Positions 40,866 through 50,512 of a stretch of 55,698 nt of DNA are shown one piece after another. Location of the stretch: positions 1 through 55,698 of the forward strand of contig DASTLN010000226.1 of assembly GCA_035714925.1 (NCBI GenBank), written 5' to 3'. Source of the stretch: Dehalococcoidia bacterium (GTDB taxonomy: Bacteria > Chloroflexota > Dehalococcoidia > DSTF01 > WHTK01). Position numbers and translations under genes: made by a program. How positions within the stretch are numbered: position 1 is the first letter of the stretch; each line of letters begins with the position of its first letter. A model generated the notes under the pieces. That model did no database searches and was not told the origin of the DNA. It worked only from the letters and a program-made list of their open reading frames with translations.

Positions 40866-41699
40866 CTAGACCTCCGCCCGCGCCAACAGCAACGGCAACG
40901 GCGACCGCCCCAGCAGCGTCAACGCCACGCTCCCCATCACCACGTGCCGCCGAGCGCTATATCCATGCGTCGATATGGCGATCGCGTGCGCCCCCAACTC
41001 CTGCGCCTTCTCGATGATCGTCGTATCGACGCCGGCGCCGCGTGGGATCTCCCGCACCACCGTCTCAACGCTAAGCGATGCGGGCAGCAGCCCTCGCGCG
41101 GCTTCCAGCTCGTCCCGGCAGGACTGCATCGCCGCCTCGTTGTCGTGACCGCCGGGCTCGTGCTCGTGCACCCGCAGCAGCGTGAGCTCGAAGCCGCCGT
41201 CGCCTGCAAGCGCCCCCAGCGCGTGCAGCACCGCCGCGGAGGCCGGCGAGCCGTCGCTCGTCGCCACGATGCGATACGGCGCGGCTTCGGGCGCGGGCAG
41301 CTCCACCAGCGGTCCGCTCACCAGCAGCGGCAGCCTGGCCGCACCCAGCACCTCCAGCGCCACGCTGCCGTGTAGCGCGTGGCGTAGCGCTCCGTGGCCC
41401 CGCGAGTCAATCGCCAGCACCGCCGCATCCAGGCGCTCTGCGACTCTCAGGACCGCCTCAGCCGTCCTCTCTCGTCCCTCCCGCGCCTCCACCAGAACCT
41501 CACCGGCGATACCCAGGCGGGTAAGCGTGGCGATCGCCGCCTCGCGCGCCCGGCTTGCGTCAGCCTCGGCCTCATCCGGCACCTGAAGCAGTATCAAGGG
41601 AACGTTGAGCGCCGTGGCCAGTAGTGTCGCGTGCGGCAACACACGGTGCGAGTGCACCGAGCCGTCAGTCGTAACCAGTACCGGTTTGTTCCTGTTCAT
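40866..41699 (-). CDS. Tandem universal stress protein (two UspA domains)
   Basis: Two repeats follow the Usp pattern (PVLVTTDGS...AIDSRGHG and YRIVATSDGS...AISTHGYS..MGSVA). Confidence 0.8.
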   Translation of the reverse strand: MNRNKPVLVTTDGSVHSHRVLPHATLLATALNVPLILLQVPDEAEADASRAREAAIATLTRLGIAGEVLVEAREGRERTAEAVLRVAERLDAAVLAIDSRGHGALRHALHGSVALEVLGAARLPLLVSGPLVELPAPEAAPYRIVATSDGSPASAAVLHALGALAGDGGFELTLLRVHEHEPGGHDNEAAMQSCRDELEAARGLLPASLSVETVVREIPRGAGVDTTIIEKAQELGAHAIAISTHGYSARRHVVMGSVALTLLGRSPLPLLLARAEV

Positions 41700-41711
41700 G
41701 TTGCCTTCCGT

Positions 41712-42647
41712 TCAGGCCGACTCGAGCTCGGGGCTACGGTTCCGCGTCGCGAAAAGCGACCCCAGGATAGCCGCCAGCAGCACCAGACCAATGACCCCCA
41801 GCGAAAGCCAGATCGAAACGTGAACCGCATCCTCGGTCAGCATCTTCACGCCCACCAGCACGAGCACCAGGGCCAGGCCCACCTTGAGATAAATGAATCG
41901 GTGCATCGCGCTCGCCAGCATGAAGTACAGCACCCTCATGCCCAGGATCGCGAACGCGTTCGAGGAGAAGACGATGAACGCATCGTCCGTGACCGCGAAG
42001 ATCGCCGGGATTGAGTCCACCGCAAAGATGATGTCTGTCGTCTCGATCACGACTAGCACGGCAACCAGCGGCGTCGCCATCAGCACTCCGCCCTGACGGA
42101 CAAAGAACCGCGTCCCGTGATAGTCGGCCGTGATCCTGACGACTCGCCGCAGCAACCGCAGCGCCTGGTTGTTCTCCGGATGGACCTCCATCTCCTTCGA
42201 GATCGCCATCCTGATACCCGTGAACACCAGGAAACCGCCGAAGACGTAGATCATCCAGTGGAACGCGTCCAGCAGGCTGGCGCCCGCCGCTATGAACGCG
42301 ATTCGGAACACGACGGCGCCCAGGATGCCCCAGACCAGCACGCGATGCTGGTACGCCGCCGGTACGTTGAAGTACCCGAAAATCAACGCGAAAACGAAGA
42401 TGTTGTCGACGGAGAGGCTGCGCTCGATGACGTAGCCCGCCATGTACTCACCGGCACTATCGCTGCCGTGCCACAACCAGATAACGCCCGCGAAGCCGAC
42501 GCCGATGACGGTCCAAATGACGCTCCAGACGAACGCCTCCGAGAAAGAAATCTCGTGTGCCTCCCGGTGGAACACCAGCAGGTCGAGTGCCAGGAGAACG
42601 AAGATGAGACCGATGAATGCGGGCCAGACCCAGAGATCGACGTCCAC
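41712..42647 (-). CDS. TerC family integral membrane protein
   Basis: YVIERSLSVDNIFVFALIF and the second repeat ETTDIIFAVDSIPAIFAVT are TerC hallmarks. Confidence 0.88.
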   Translation of the reverse strand: MDVDLWVWPAFIGLIFVLLALDLLVFHREAHEISFSEAFVWSVIWTVIGVGFAGVIWLWHGSDSAGEYMAGYVIERSLSVDNIFVFALIFGYFNVPAAYQHRVLVWGILGAVVFRIAFIAAGASLLDAFHWMIYVFGGFLVFTGIRMAISKEMEVHPENNQALRLLRRVVRITADYHGTRFFVRQGGVLMATPLVAVLVVIETTDIIFAVDSIPAIFAVTDDAFIVFSSNAFAILGMRVLYFMLASAMHRFIYLKVGLALVLVLVGVKMLTEDAVHVSIWLSLGVIGLVLLAAILGSLFATRNRSPELESA

Positions 42648-42674
42648 AAAACCTCCAGCTGATAAAGCTATCAG

Positions 42675-42771
42675 CCGAAGGTCTGTCCCGCCGCCGTGGG
42701 CCGCGTCACCGGCCCCGTTGTGATTGAGGCGTCTTGACGATAACGCTGTCTAGGGTTACTCCCCTTCGGTC
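42675..42771 (-). promoter_or_regulatory. yybP-ykoY manganese riboswitch aptamer
   Basis: The minus strand reads CCGAAGG-GGAGUAA...GUCAAGAC...GGGCCG-gugacg-CGGCCC...GGGACAGA-CCUUCGG. The P1 stem is CCGAAGG/CCUUCGG. The conserved GGGGAGUA 5' element and CAGACC 3' element parallel the L. lactis sequence as I recall it (GGAAAGGGGAGUAG...AGCAAGACCUUUCC). It sits directly upstream of a TerC gene, the canonical context. Confidence 0.7.
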
Positions 42772-42909
42772 TACTCAGCTTACTCGGCTCTCGAGACTCG
42801 AAACAACAGCCCAACCGCCATCGCAATGCCATTTCGATTCCGATCGCGCAGCTTCGCGCACGTTTGACACTCCCTGACCAGCCCGTATGATTGCGACAAG
42901 GCTTCGCTT

Positions 42910-44295
42910 ATGTCAGACAGGACCTCCCCCGCAACCGCGGCCATCCTCACCCTCGGCTGCAAGCTCAACATCGCCGACTCTGAGGCGATGGCCCGCCGCC
43001 TGCGCGACGCCGGCTGGAACGTTGTCGACCGCCTCACGCCCGATACCGGCGCCCGGGCCGTCATCGTCAACTCCTGCAGCGTCACCCACGTCGCCGACCA
43101 GAAGTCGCGTCACCTCGTCCGCCTCGCCCGTCGCCTCGCCCCGGACGCCACCGTCGCCTTCACCGGCTGCATGCTCGAAACCGCGCCCCGGGACCAGCTC
43201 GACGCCCTGGCAGCCGACCTCATCTACCATCAGCCCAACCAGCTCGCCCTCGCAGACCGTCTGATCCAGATGCATCCTGTGCTCCAACCAGCTGAGTTTC
43301 CTCTCCCCAGTCCAACATCCCCTCTCCCTCGGCAGGGAGAGGGCGAGAGTGAGGATGCGGCGCCCCGTCCGTCTCAAGCGCCTCATCTCACAGCGCCTCG
43401 CACGCGTACCCTCAAGACTCGCGCCTTCATCAGCGCCCAGGAAGGCTGCAACGACCTCTGCGCCTTCTGCATCATCCCCAAAACTCGCGGCCGCGAGCGC
43501 TCCAAGTCCGTTGATGCCGTCGTCGCCGAGGCGCTCGCCCGCGAAGCCGAAGGCGTCCAGGAGATCGTCATCACCGGCACCCAGCTCGGCGCCTATGGCC
43601 GCGACTGGGGCCACCGCACGCCGTATCCCGTCCTCAAAGCCCTCATCGACCAGACGTCGATACCGCGCATCCGCATGTCGTCGCTGCAGCCTCAGGACCT
43701 TTCAGACGAGGTGATCGACCTCTGGCAGAGCCCTCGTCTCTGCCGTCACTTCCACCTCGCCCTGCAGAGCGGCAGCGCCGCCGTCCTGCAGCGTATGCGC
43801 CGGCGCTACACGCGGGACGAGTACCGCGACGCCGTGCGCCGCCTACGCAACGCCAGCCCCGATGTCGCCATCACCACGGACGTCATCGTCGGCTTCCCCG
43901 GCGAGACAGAAGCCGAGTTCGAAGCGAGCTTCGCCTTCTGCGAGGAGATCCAGTTTGCCGGCATCCACGTCTTCCCCTACTCCCAGCGCAGCGGCACCGT
44001 CGCCTTCAAAATGCCGGACCAGGTGTCTGACCCCGTCAAGAAGCAGCGCGTCCACCGCCTCATTGAGCTCGCGGACCGCATGTCGGCCGCCTACCGCGCC
44101 CGATTCCTCGGTCAAACCACAGCAGTCCTTTGGGAGCCGCGCCGTGGCGGCGCCTGGGAAGGACTGACGGACACCTACATCCGCGTCCGTGCCGAATCCA
44201 GCACGGACCTCACCAATCAGCTCACATCCGCCCTGCTCCTGGATCAGCGCGATGGCGTCATGTGGGCACAAATCACCGAGGAGGTGACGCCGTGA
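42910..44295 (+). CDS. mtaB: Radical SAM methylthiotransferase, MtaB-like
   Basis: ILTLGCKLNIADSEAMARRL (UPF0004 domain), the radical SAM motif CNDLCAFCIIP, and a TRAM-like C-terminus are present. An extra low-complexity insert lies between the N-terminal domain and the SAM domain. Confidence 0.75.
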   Translation: MSDRTSPATAAILTLGCKLNIADSEAMARRLRDAGWNVVDRLTPDTGARAVIVNSCSVTHVADQKSRHLVRLARRLAPDATVAFTGCMLETAPRDQLDALAADLIYHQPNQLALADRLIQMHPVLQPAEFPLPSPTSPLPRQGEGESEDAAPRPSQAPHLTAPRTRTLKTRAFISAQEGCNDLCAFCIIPKTRGRERSKSVDAVVAEALAREAEGVQEIVITGTQLGAYGRDWGHRTPYPVLKALIDQTSIPRIRMSSLQPQDLSDEVIDLWQSPRLCRHFHLALQSGSAAVLQRMRRRYTRDEYRDAVRRLRNASPDVAITTDVIVGFPGETEAEFEASFAFCEEIQFAGIHVFPYSQRSGTVAFKMPDQVSDPVKKQRVHRLIELADRMSAAYRARFLGQTTAVLWEPRRGGAWEGLTDTYIRVRAESSTDLTNQLTSALLLDQRDGVMWAQITEEVTP

Positions 44296-44963
44296 ACACA
44301 TTCAACCGCGTCTCCCTGGTCCTGCTCTGCCTCGTCCTCATGTTTGGCGCCGCAGCGATCACCGCGCTCGCCTGGGGCGGCCCCGACGAGTCGATCGACT
44401 GGCTACGTGACGCCATCAACTGGCTCGACGAGCGCAACACGGACGGCACGAAGTTCATCATCACCACCGCCGCGGTCGTCGTGATGATGATGTCTCTGAC
44501 CGTCTTGATCGTCGAGCTCTATCCGCGCGCCGGCGGCCAGGTTAAGGTCACCGACCTCCATGTCGGCGACGCCGTGCTCTCCACCGCCGCCATCGGCCAG
44601 CGCGTAGAAGAGGCCGTCACCCTGGTGCCCGATGTCGCCGACGTACGCGCCACCGTGAGGGCGAAGCGCAAGGGCGTCGTGGTCAATCTCGACCTCCACG
44701 TCGACCCACAGGCCAACCTCGCAGCCGTCATCGACGAAGCCAGCGAGGCCGCCCGCACAGTCCTCACGGAGAAGGTACACGTCGCGCTTGCGGAGCCACC
44801 CCGCACCCGCATCCACTACCGTGAGCTACGACTGCGCGGCCGTCCACCACGCCGCCCGGCCGCGATCGAGACCGTGGTTAGTGAGCCCGAGCCCGTGACT
44901 CCGGACGAACCGGAAGTCGAGGCGCCCGCCGAGAATCAGGAGGAGACAGCCGTCAAGGCATGA
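44292..44963 (+). CDS. AmaP-like (alkaline shock response membrane anchor) protein
   Basis: The GTG start overlaps the mtaB stop (GTGA). Two TM segments are followed by an Asp23-like segment, VKVTDLHVGDAVLSTAAIGQRVEEAV...VVVNLDLHV. Confidence 0.5.
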   Translation: MNTFNRVSLVLLCLVLMFGAAAITALAWGGPDESIDWLRDAINWLDERNTDGTKFIITTAAVVVMMMSLTVLIVELYPRAGGQVKVTDLHVGDAVLSTAAIGQRVEEAVTLVPDVADVRATVRAKRKGVVVNLDLHVDPQANLAAVIDEASEAARTVLTEKVHVALAEPPRTRIHYRELRLRGRPPRRPAAIETVVSEPEPVTPDEPEVEAPAENQEETAVKA

Positions 44964-45634
44964 ACAAACGCCTGCCATCCCTCAGCAAGGACAACCTCCC
45001 GGCCGTCATCGAAAGCATCCTCTTCGTCGCCGACGGCGCGGTGGAAATCTCGATGCTCTCCCGCGCCCTGCGTCGCCCGGCCGATGCCATCGAAGGGGCG
45101 CTCGCCGAGCTCGAAACGCGCTGCGCCGAGGGCGGCACTCGCCTCCAGCGCACCCGCGACGCCGTGCAACTCGTCACCTCCCCAGAGACGGGTCCCTACG
45201 TCGAGCGCTTCCTCGGCCTCGAAAGCCGCCAGCGGCTCTCAGGCGCCGCCCTGGAGTCGCTCGCCATCATCGCCTACAAGCAGCCGATGACTCGCGCTGG
45301 CGTCGAGCAGATACGCGGTGTCAACTCGGACGGCGCTATCGCCTCCCTGATCGCCCGCGGCCTCGTCGAAGAGGTCGGCCGCGCCCCGAGCCCCGGACGT
45401 CCCGCTCTGCTGGGCACCACGCTGCGCTTTCTGGAGCACTTCGGCCTCAGCAAGCCCGGCGACCTCCCGCCCCTGCCCGCCAATGGCTCAATCCTCGACC
45501 TGGCAGAAGGCCTCGTAGAAGCCGCCTCCAGCGCGGACGAGGACGAAGAGGCCGAAACCGCCGAAGCGGCAGGCGAAGCGTCCGAGGGCGGTGAAGCCCC
45601 CGTTGAGGACGAAGAGCCCGCCCCGGCCGGCTAA
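44960..45634 (+). CDS. scpB: Segregation and condensation protein B
   Basis: IESILFVADGAVEISML and LESLAIIAYKQPMTRAGVEQIRGVNSDGAIASLIARGLVEEVGR match the ScpB pattern. Confidence 0.88.
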   Translation: MNKRLPSLSKDNLPAVIESILFVADGAVEISMLSRALRRPADAIEGALAELETRCAEGGTRLQRTRDAVQLVTSPETGPYVERFLGLESRQRLSGAALESLAIIAYKQPMTRAGVEQIRGVNSDGAIASLIARGLVEEVGRAPSPGRPALLGTTLRFLEHFGLSKPGDLPPLPANGSILDLAEGLVEAASSADEDEEAETAEAAGEASEGGEAPVEDEEPAPAG

Positions 45635-45664
45635 CGGCTCCGGCCTCTCCATGCCTTACACCCT

Positions 45665-46003
45665 GTGTCCTATGCCTCTGTTCTCCGTCCCGGTGGGGCA
45701 GGGCTGAGCGGCGTCGTGCCCGTCGCGCTCTGCCACGTCACGCTGCGACTGCCCGAAAACGCCTCCCTCAAGGGGAAACGCGCCGTCATCAAATCGATTC
45801 AGCAGCGCCTGCACAACCGCTTCAACGTCTCCGTCGCCGAAGTCGACCACAACGACGCCTGGCAACTCGCCGGCATCGAGATCGCCGCCGTGGCAAACAC
45901 AGGTGCCCACGCGTCGGAGGTGGTGGCTAACGCCGTCGCCTACATGCAGGCGCTTCGACTGGACGTTGAGGTCGTTGAGGAAGAAACGGAAGTAATCGGC
46001 TAG
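45665..46003 (+). CDS. DUF503 (YlxP-like) protein
   Basis: LRLPENASLKGKRAVIKSIQQRLHNRFNVSVAEVDHNDAWQLAGIEIAAV fits the DUF503 pattern. Confidence 0.75.
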   Translation: MSYASVLRPGGAGLSGVVPVALCHVTLRLPENASLKGKRAVIKSIQQRLHNRFNVSVAEVDHNDAWQLAGIEIAAVANTGAHASEVVANAVAYMQALRLDVEVVEEETEVIG

Positions 46004-46470
46004 GCCCTGCGGCGGCGGTCGAAGTCACCCTGGGTCAGAGTCGCGTCCGGCAATGTCACCATCTCCGTCCAGAACAGGCGCACCGTATCCATCACCTTCT
46101 GAAACTCGGCCAGATCAACGGGCTTGATGATGTAGGCGTTAGCGCCTGCCGCGTAGCTGCGAAGGACGTCCTCCGCCCGGCCGGAAGTCGTGAGCATGAT
46201 TACTGGAATATGGCCCAACTTCGGATCGCCGCGGATCTCCTTCAACACCTCAATGCCGTCCATCTTCGGAAGGTTCAGGTCCAGGAGAATCAACGTCGGC
46301 AGCGGCCCGGTGCCGCTGCGCAGGAGATCAACCGCCTCCAGCCCGTCACCAGCGTGCGTGATCGGAATCTCAGTGCCTTGTCTCGAGAAAACGCGACGAG
46401 TCAACGCCACGTCAAGCGGATTGTCTTCCACGAGTAGGATCCGGGGCTGGTTGATGGTCTGCCTCAACAC
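46000..46470 (-). CDS. CheY-like single-domain response regulator
   Basis: ILLVEDNPLD, LILLDLNLPKMDG, PVIMLTTS and ANAYIIKP are the REC motifs. Confidence 0.9.
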   Translation of the reverse strand: MLRQTINQPRILLVEDNPLDVALTRRVFSRQGTEIPITHAGDGLEAVDLLRSGTGPLPTLILLDLNLPKMDGIEVLKEIRGDPKLGHIPVIMLTTSGRAEDVLRSYAAGANAYIIKPVDLAEFQKVMDTVRLFWTEMVTLPDATLTQGDFDRRRRA

Positions 46471-48388
46471 TAGTTATCGGTAGGCTGAAGTAAAAGGTGC
46501 TACCTTCGCCCGGCTCCGACTCAACCCAGATACGTCCGTCCAGCGATTCAACCGCCTTCTTGCAGATCGTTAGGCCAATCCCCGTGCCCTCGGTTTCAAG
46601 CCGCGGGTCCAGCCGCTGGAAAATCCCAAAGATCCGATCGTGAAAGCGCGCGTCGATGCCCTTGCCGTTATCCCGCACAAAGAACGTGTAGCTGGCCGCG
46701 TTATCCTGTTGCCAACCGACCTCGATCACGGGCTTCGCGTTGTCGTCGTATTTCACCGCGTTGCTGATCAGATTGCGGAGGATCTGCTTCACTCGGACCG
46801 GGCCGCTATGGATCACCGGCAGGTCTTCGGCAACCTTGAGGACAATGCCCTTCTCCTTGAGCAGATAAGCCATCTCCGCCTCCACTTCGCGGACTTCCTC
46901 CAGCATCGAGATGTCAGAGTGGCCGTTCTCGGCGCGCGCGATGCGGGAAAGACTCAGGAGGTCGTCTATCAGCCCTCGCATCTGCTCCGCGCTTTGCTTG
47001 ACAACTGTCAGGCTCTCCCGAGCGCTGTCATTCAGACTCTCCGAATTGTCTTCCAGCACCATGGACGCGAATCCGGAGATACCCCGCAAAGGCGCCTTCA
47101 GGTCGTGGCTGACCGCATAGGTGAACTCCTCGAGGTCCGTGTTCGTGCGGGACACCTGTACCGCGAAGCGCTCCAGTTCCGCTTCTGCCGCTTTACGCTG
47201 TTCGATCTCATACTCCAGGCGGACGTTTCGCTCATTCAATTCCTGCGTTCGCCCGGCCACGCGGCGTTCTAGCTGGACATTCGACTCCTCCAATTCATCC
47301 GCTGCCTCCTCGCGTTGCCGATCCCGCAGATCGATGACGGAGGCCATCGAGTGAAAGGCGTTGTGTAGCTCCGTAATCTCGCGCACTCCTCCGCGCTCCG
47401 GGGCGTGCCAGACGGTTTCGCCGCTGGCATAACGCTGCACGTCGGAGATCAGTCGGCGAGTCTGCCGGCTCAAGAACACCGAGCCAAGCCAGACCGCAAA
47501 CATCGCAGCCACCGCAACAATGCCCATGAGCGCGAGGTTACGGGTCAGGGCGCGGTCAATGGCTCCATAGGCGACCGAAGTCGGAATCCCTACGACCAGC
47601 GTCAGGCCGGTCGCATCGAGTGTGCCCACCGGCGTGAAGCCATAGAGACGCTCCTCGCCATCGAGACCGGCCACCTCGGCCGTACCGGCACGGCCGCCAA
47701 TGACCGTCGCCAGCTCGGAACCCGCGACGCTTTGACCGACCCCTGTCTTTGCATCCACGTTTGTTGCAATGACCGTACCGTTGCGGTCCAGCAGAAGATA
47801 AACGGCACCATCGGGCAACGACGCGTCGGAAACACGGCTGCTTAATACCTCTGCGGGGATCCCGGCGAGGAGCACCGCCACCATCTCTCGGCCGGCAAAG
47901 ACAGGCTGAGCGTACGTAACGCTGCCGATGCCGTCACCCTGGCCGGCTTCATACGAACCCACGGTAAACTTCCCGCCCGCCACGGCGCGCTTGAAGAAGT
48001 CCCTCTCACTGAGGCTGGCGATAGGATCGCCCGGCTCCAGCGGACTGTCCGAGCATACGGTGTCGCCTCGCAAGTCTGCCACCAGGAAGTAGCCATCCTT
48101 GTAGGCCGGATAGTCGTCCTGCAGGCTGGCCAGCAACTGGTTACAACCATCGCTGTCAAGCCTCCTGACGGCGTCGCGAAGCGACAGAGACAGAAGCAGG
48201 TCCTGGATCGATCCAACGGAACGCTCGACCTCTCGGCCGGTCCCATCGGCATAGCGGATGGCGTTGACGCTCGCGTCGTGACGCTCGCTGTCGCGCTCCT
48301 CTATCGAAATGAAGACCAGTAGCCCGAAGGCAGGGAGCATCGCGAAGGCAACCAGGAGAAGCAGTCGACTGCGAAGTGAACTCAGCAT
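46412..48388 (-). CDS. Sensor histidine kinase (periplasmic Cache-like domain, coiled coil, HisKA, HATPase_c)
   Basis: Two TM helices flank an approximately 270-aa extracytoplasmic domain. The H-box is FTYAVSHDLKAPLR, with an N-box (NLISNAVKY) and G-boxes (DNGKGID, GTGIGL). ATG at 48388 is preferred. Confidence 0.9.
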   Translation of the reverse strand: MLSSLRSRLLLLVAFAMLPAFGLLVFISIEERDSERHDASVNAIRYADGTGREVERSVGSIQDLLLSLSLRDAVRRLDSDGCNQLLASLQDDYPAYKDGYFLVADLRGDTVCSDSPLEPGDPIASLSERDFFKRAVAGGKFTVGSYEAGQGDGIGSVTYAQPVFAGREMVAVLLAGIPAEVLSSRVSDASLPDGAVYLLLDRNGTVIATNVDAKTGVGQSVAGSELATVIGGRAGTAEVAGLDGEERLYGFTPVGTLDATGLTLVVGIPTSVAYGAIDRALTRNLALMGIVAVAAMFAVWLGSVFLSRQTRRLISDVQRYASGETVWHAPERGGVREITELHNAFHSMASVIDLRDRQREEAADELEESNVQLERRVAGRTQELNERNVRLEYEIEQRKAAEAELERFAVQVSRTNTDLEEFTYAVSHDLKAPLRGISGFASMVLEDNSESLNDSARESLTVVKQSAEQMRGLIDDLLSLSRIARAENGHSDISMLEEVREVEAEMAYLLKEKGIVLKVAEDLPVIHSGPVRVKQILRNLISNAVKYDDNAKPVIEVGWQQDNAASYTFFVRDNGKGIDARFHDRIFGIFQRLDPRLETEGTGIGLTICKKAVESLDGRIWVESEPGEGSTFYFSLPITSVEADHQPAPDPTRGRQSA

Positions 48389-48532
48389 CGTCTTTGCAAA
48401 TCGGCCCAAAACTCTAACGACATGAGACTTTCTGCCGAAATACGTGGGCGAGGTGGTGAAACTTGCCCGCATTGCATCGGCCCCATGACCGGCGCACGGA
48501 GCGTCTCACCCGCGAAAGTAGAGGTGGTTTCA

Positions 48533-49402
48533 ATGATCAAGACCGTGTTCACCAAGCCTGCAGACGCCAGAGCCGATCTCAAACCCTTCTCGCCACGCGC
48601 GATGCGAGTTTTGATCGTCGAAGACGATCCGCTGGACAAGACCTTGATGGCGCGGGCCATGGAGAAGTTTGGCGCCAAGCGCATCACCACGACCGAGACG
48701 GGGGAGGACGCCTTGCGACGCCTTGAGCGCGAGAGCTTCGACGTCGTCCTGGCAGACCAGGGGTTGCCGCGCATGAGCGGGCTCGATCTGGTGGAAATCG
48801 TACATCAGCGGTGGCCGGAGACTCGCATCATCCTCGTCACCGGCGCGCGCAACGAGCATGTTGCCGCCGCGGCCATCAAGGCGGGCGCCTGGGAATACGT
48901 CGCCAAGGACGACTTCCTGACCTCCGGCCTGATCCGCGCAGTCCACTCGGCCGTCCGCACCGATCAGCACCTCAATCGGCAGGCGATAGGCGCCACCACA
49001 GACGCCTTGCAATTGCTGCGCCAGTCCCAGGCCGAGCTGCGATGGCTGCGAGAGTCGGAGTTGACTTCACACTCCGCGGCCTTCGAGCTAAGCCTCAACG
49101 ACGTCGAGCTCGACCGCAGTCGCGGCGCGATCGAGAGGTACCTCGAGGAATCCATGATCTCCTTCCCGCTGGTGCCGCGCCGCGAGGAAGACGCTCTCAT
49201 AACCGTACTGCTCGCGCGCGGGTCCAGCCCGCTGGAAGTCACCCGCCTGGTCGAAGAGGCCATGGAGGTCATGGAAGTTAGCGCGCCGCAGGACTCAACC
49301 CTCGCCTTCCGGCCCTCCCTTTGTCTTTCCCGGCTGCTGATGCGCTTGCTGCAGGAGTACCAGGGGCAGATCGGTCTGGCGGCAATGCAGGAGGCTGCCT
49401 GA
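48533..49402 (+). CDS. Response regulator with REC domain and uncharacterised approximately 160-aa C-terminal domain
   Basis: VLIVEDDPLD, VVLADQGLPRMSG, IILVTG and WEYVAKD are present. ATG at 48533 has GAGGTGG upstream. Confidence 0.85.
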   Translation: MIKTVFTKPADARADLKPFSPRAMRVLIVEDDPLDKTLMARAMEKFGAKRITTTETGEDALRRLERESFDVVLADQGLPRMSGLDLVEIVHQRWPETRIILVTGARNEHVAAAAIKAGAWEYVAKDDFLTSGLIRAVHSAVRTDQHLNRQAIGATTDALQLLRQSQAELRWLRESELTSHSAAFELSLNDVELDRSRGAIERYLEESMISFPLVPRREEDALITVLLARGSSPLEVTRLVEEAMEVMEVSAPQDSTLAFRPSLCLSRLLMRLLQEYQGQIGLAAMQEAA

Positions 49403-49596
49403 GTCGTTCACTCAACGCGCTTCGAAGCCACCACGCGGCCCAGCAGCTGTTCGGTATCTGTTACCTGCTGCGCGAGCGCAAGCCGCGGCGTTTTGGCGTC
49501 ATCCGCGAAGCGCCGCCCGGCAGCCTGCTCGGCGAGATGCTCTACCCTTCCGCTCACCACCTCGGGTCGAGGTCACCACCGCTGAATAGACTAATG

Positions 49597-49627
49597 AAAC
49601 AGGCCGGTCGTTAGGACCGGCCTGTTT
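49597..49627. terminator. Bidirectional intrinsic terminator hairpin
   Basis: The perfect 13-bp stem AAACAGGCCGGTC / GACCGGCCTGTTT has a 5-nt loop, is flanked by A-run and T-run, and lies between convergent genes. Confidence 0.8.
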
Positions 49628-49684
49628 GTTGCAGGGCACGATGCTTGCTACCGCTGGTTCACCCAGCCCGCCCAGTTGGGCGTC

Positions 49685-50512
49685 TTACTCGTAACGGGCG
49701 GCCCCTTGATAGGCGTAGTCCGTAAACTCCCAGACTCCCGCCACACGGGCCCACAGCCGGACGAACACGCTTCTGCTCTGCCATGGCAGGTTGCTCACCG
49801 TCACTGCCGTGGCCTCGCCTTGCGAAGCCGAGTAGATGTCATTGCCACCTGGCTTCGTGCCAATCTCCAGCCTGAACTCGTCAACCGACTGCGTCGAAGC
49901 CCACTTGAACGTAACCGTCGTGCTGGCGAGCTGCGTGTGCGGCGTCGGACCGACCAGCTCAACGCTGGAGGACATCCGCGTGCCGTCGTCCGGGACGCTA
50001 AAGGTGGTCACCCAGTACCACTTGTAGCGCGAGGTGGGGTTATACGCCCTCGCGATGCCGATCTGGGTGTAAGACTCGAAAAGCATGTTGCGGTTGTGGC
50101 CGCTGGAAGAGCGCCACAGCCCGAACGCCGACACCGCGGAATCGATGATTGTGCCGGCTGCCAGGTTCTCGCCGGAATTCATCGTCGCGCCGCACTCCGC
50201 GATGCGCGTCTGTGAGTCGCGACCCATGGAGTCGCGGTGCGAGAAGTAATTCTTCGTCGCCAGGTCCTGCGCCATCCACGACGCGGACTGGTTGAGGTTC
50301 ACCGATACCGTCAGCGGCGCCAGGCCGTTGCTCGTCCGGTACTGGTTGATGATGCCTAGAAAAGCTTGCTCCGCTTCGTCGAACGTCGCATCTGCAACGC
50401 CACACGTGGCCGAGGCTTCTGCTGACTTGACGCCGCCGGAAGCCACGAGCATCAGCGTCGCGATAGCGAAGATGCCGGCTAGCAGGTGACGCAGGCTACG
50501 GGGATATGGCAT
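49685..50512 (-). CDS. Secreted CAP/SCP-domain protein with C-terminal beta-rich domain
   Basis: A signal peptide is followed by IINQYRTSNGLAPLTVSVNLNQSASWMAQDLATKNYFSH...SSSGHNRNMLFESYTQIGIA. GGAGG precedes the ATG. Confidence 0.8.
   Translation of the reverse strand: MPYPRSLRHLLAGIFAIATLMLVASGGVKSAEASATCGVADATFDEAEQAFLGIINQYRTSNGLAPLTVSVNLNQSASWMAQDLATKNYFSHRDSMGRDSQTRIAECGATMNSGENLAAGTIIDSAVSAFGLWRSSSGHNRNMLFESYTQIGIARAYNPTSRYKWYWVTTFSVPDDGTRMSSSVELVGPTPHTQLASTTVTFKWASTQSVDEFRLEIGTKPGGNDIYSASQGEATAVTVSNLPWQSRSVFVRLWARVAGVWEFTDYAYQGAARYE

Noticed and set aside
49420-49575. About 50-aa minus-strand ORF (VVSGRVEHLAEQAAGRRFADDAKTPRLALAQQ...) between the response regulator gene and the terminator
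   Set aside because: It lies downstream of the strong bidirectional terminator relative to its own strand, has only GTG starts without an SD, and has no recognisable motif.
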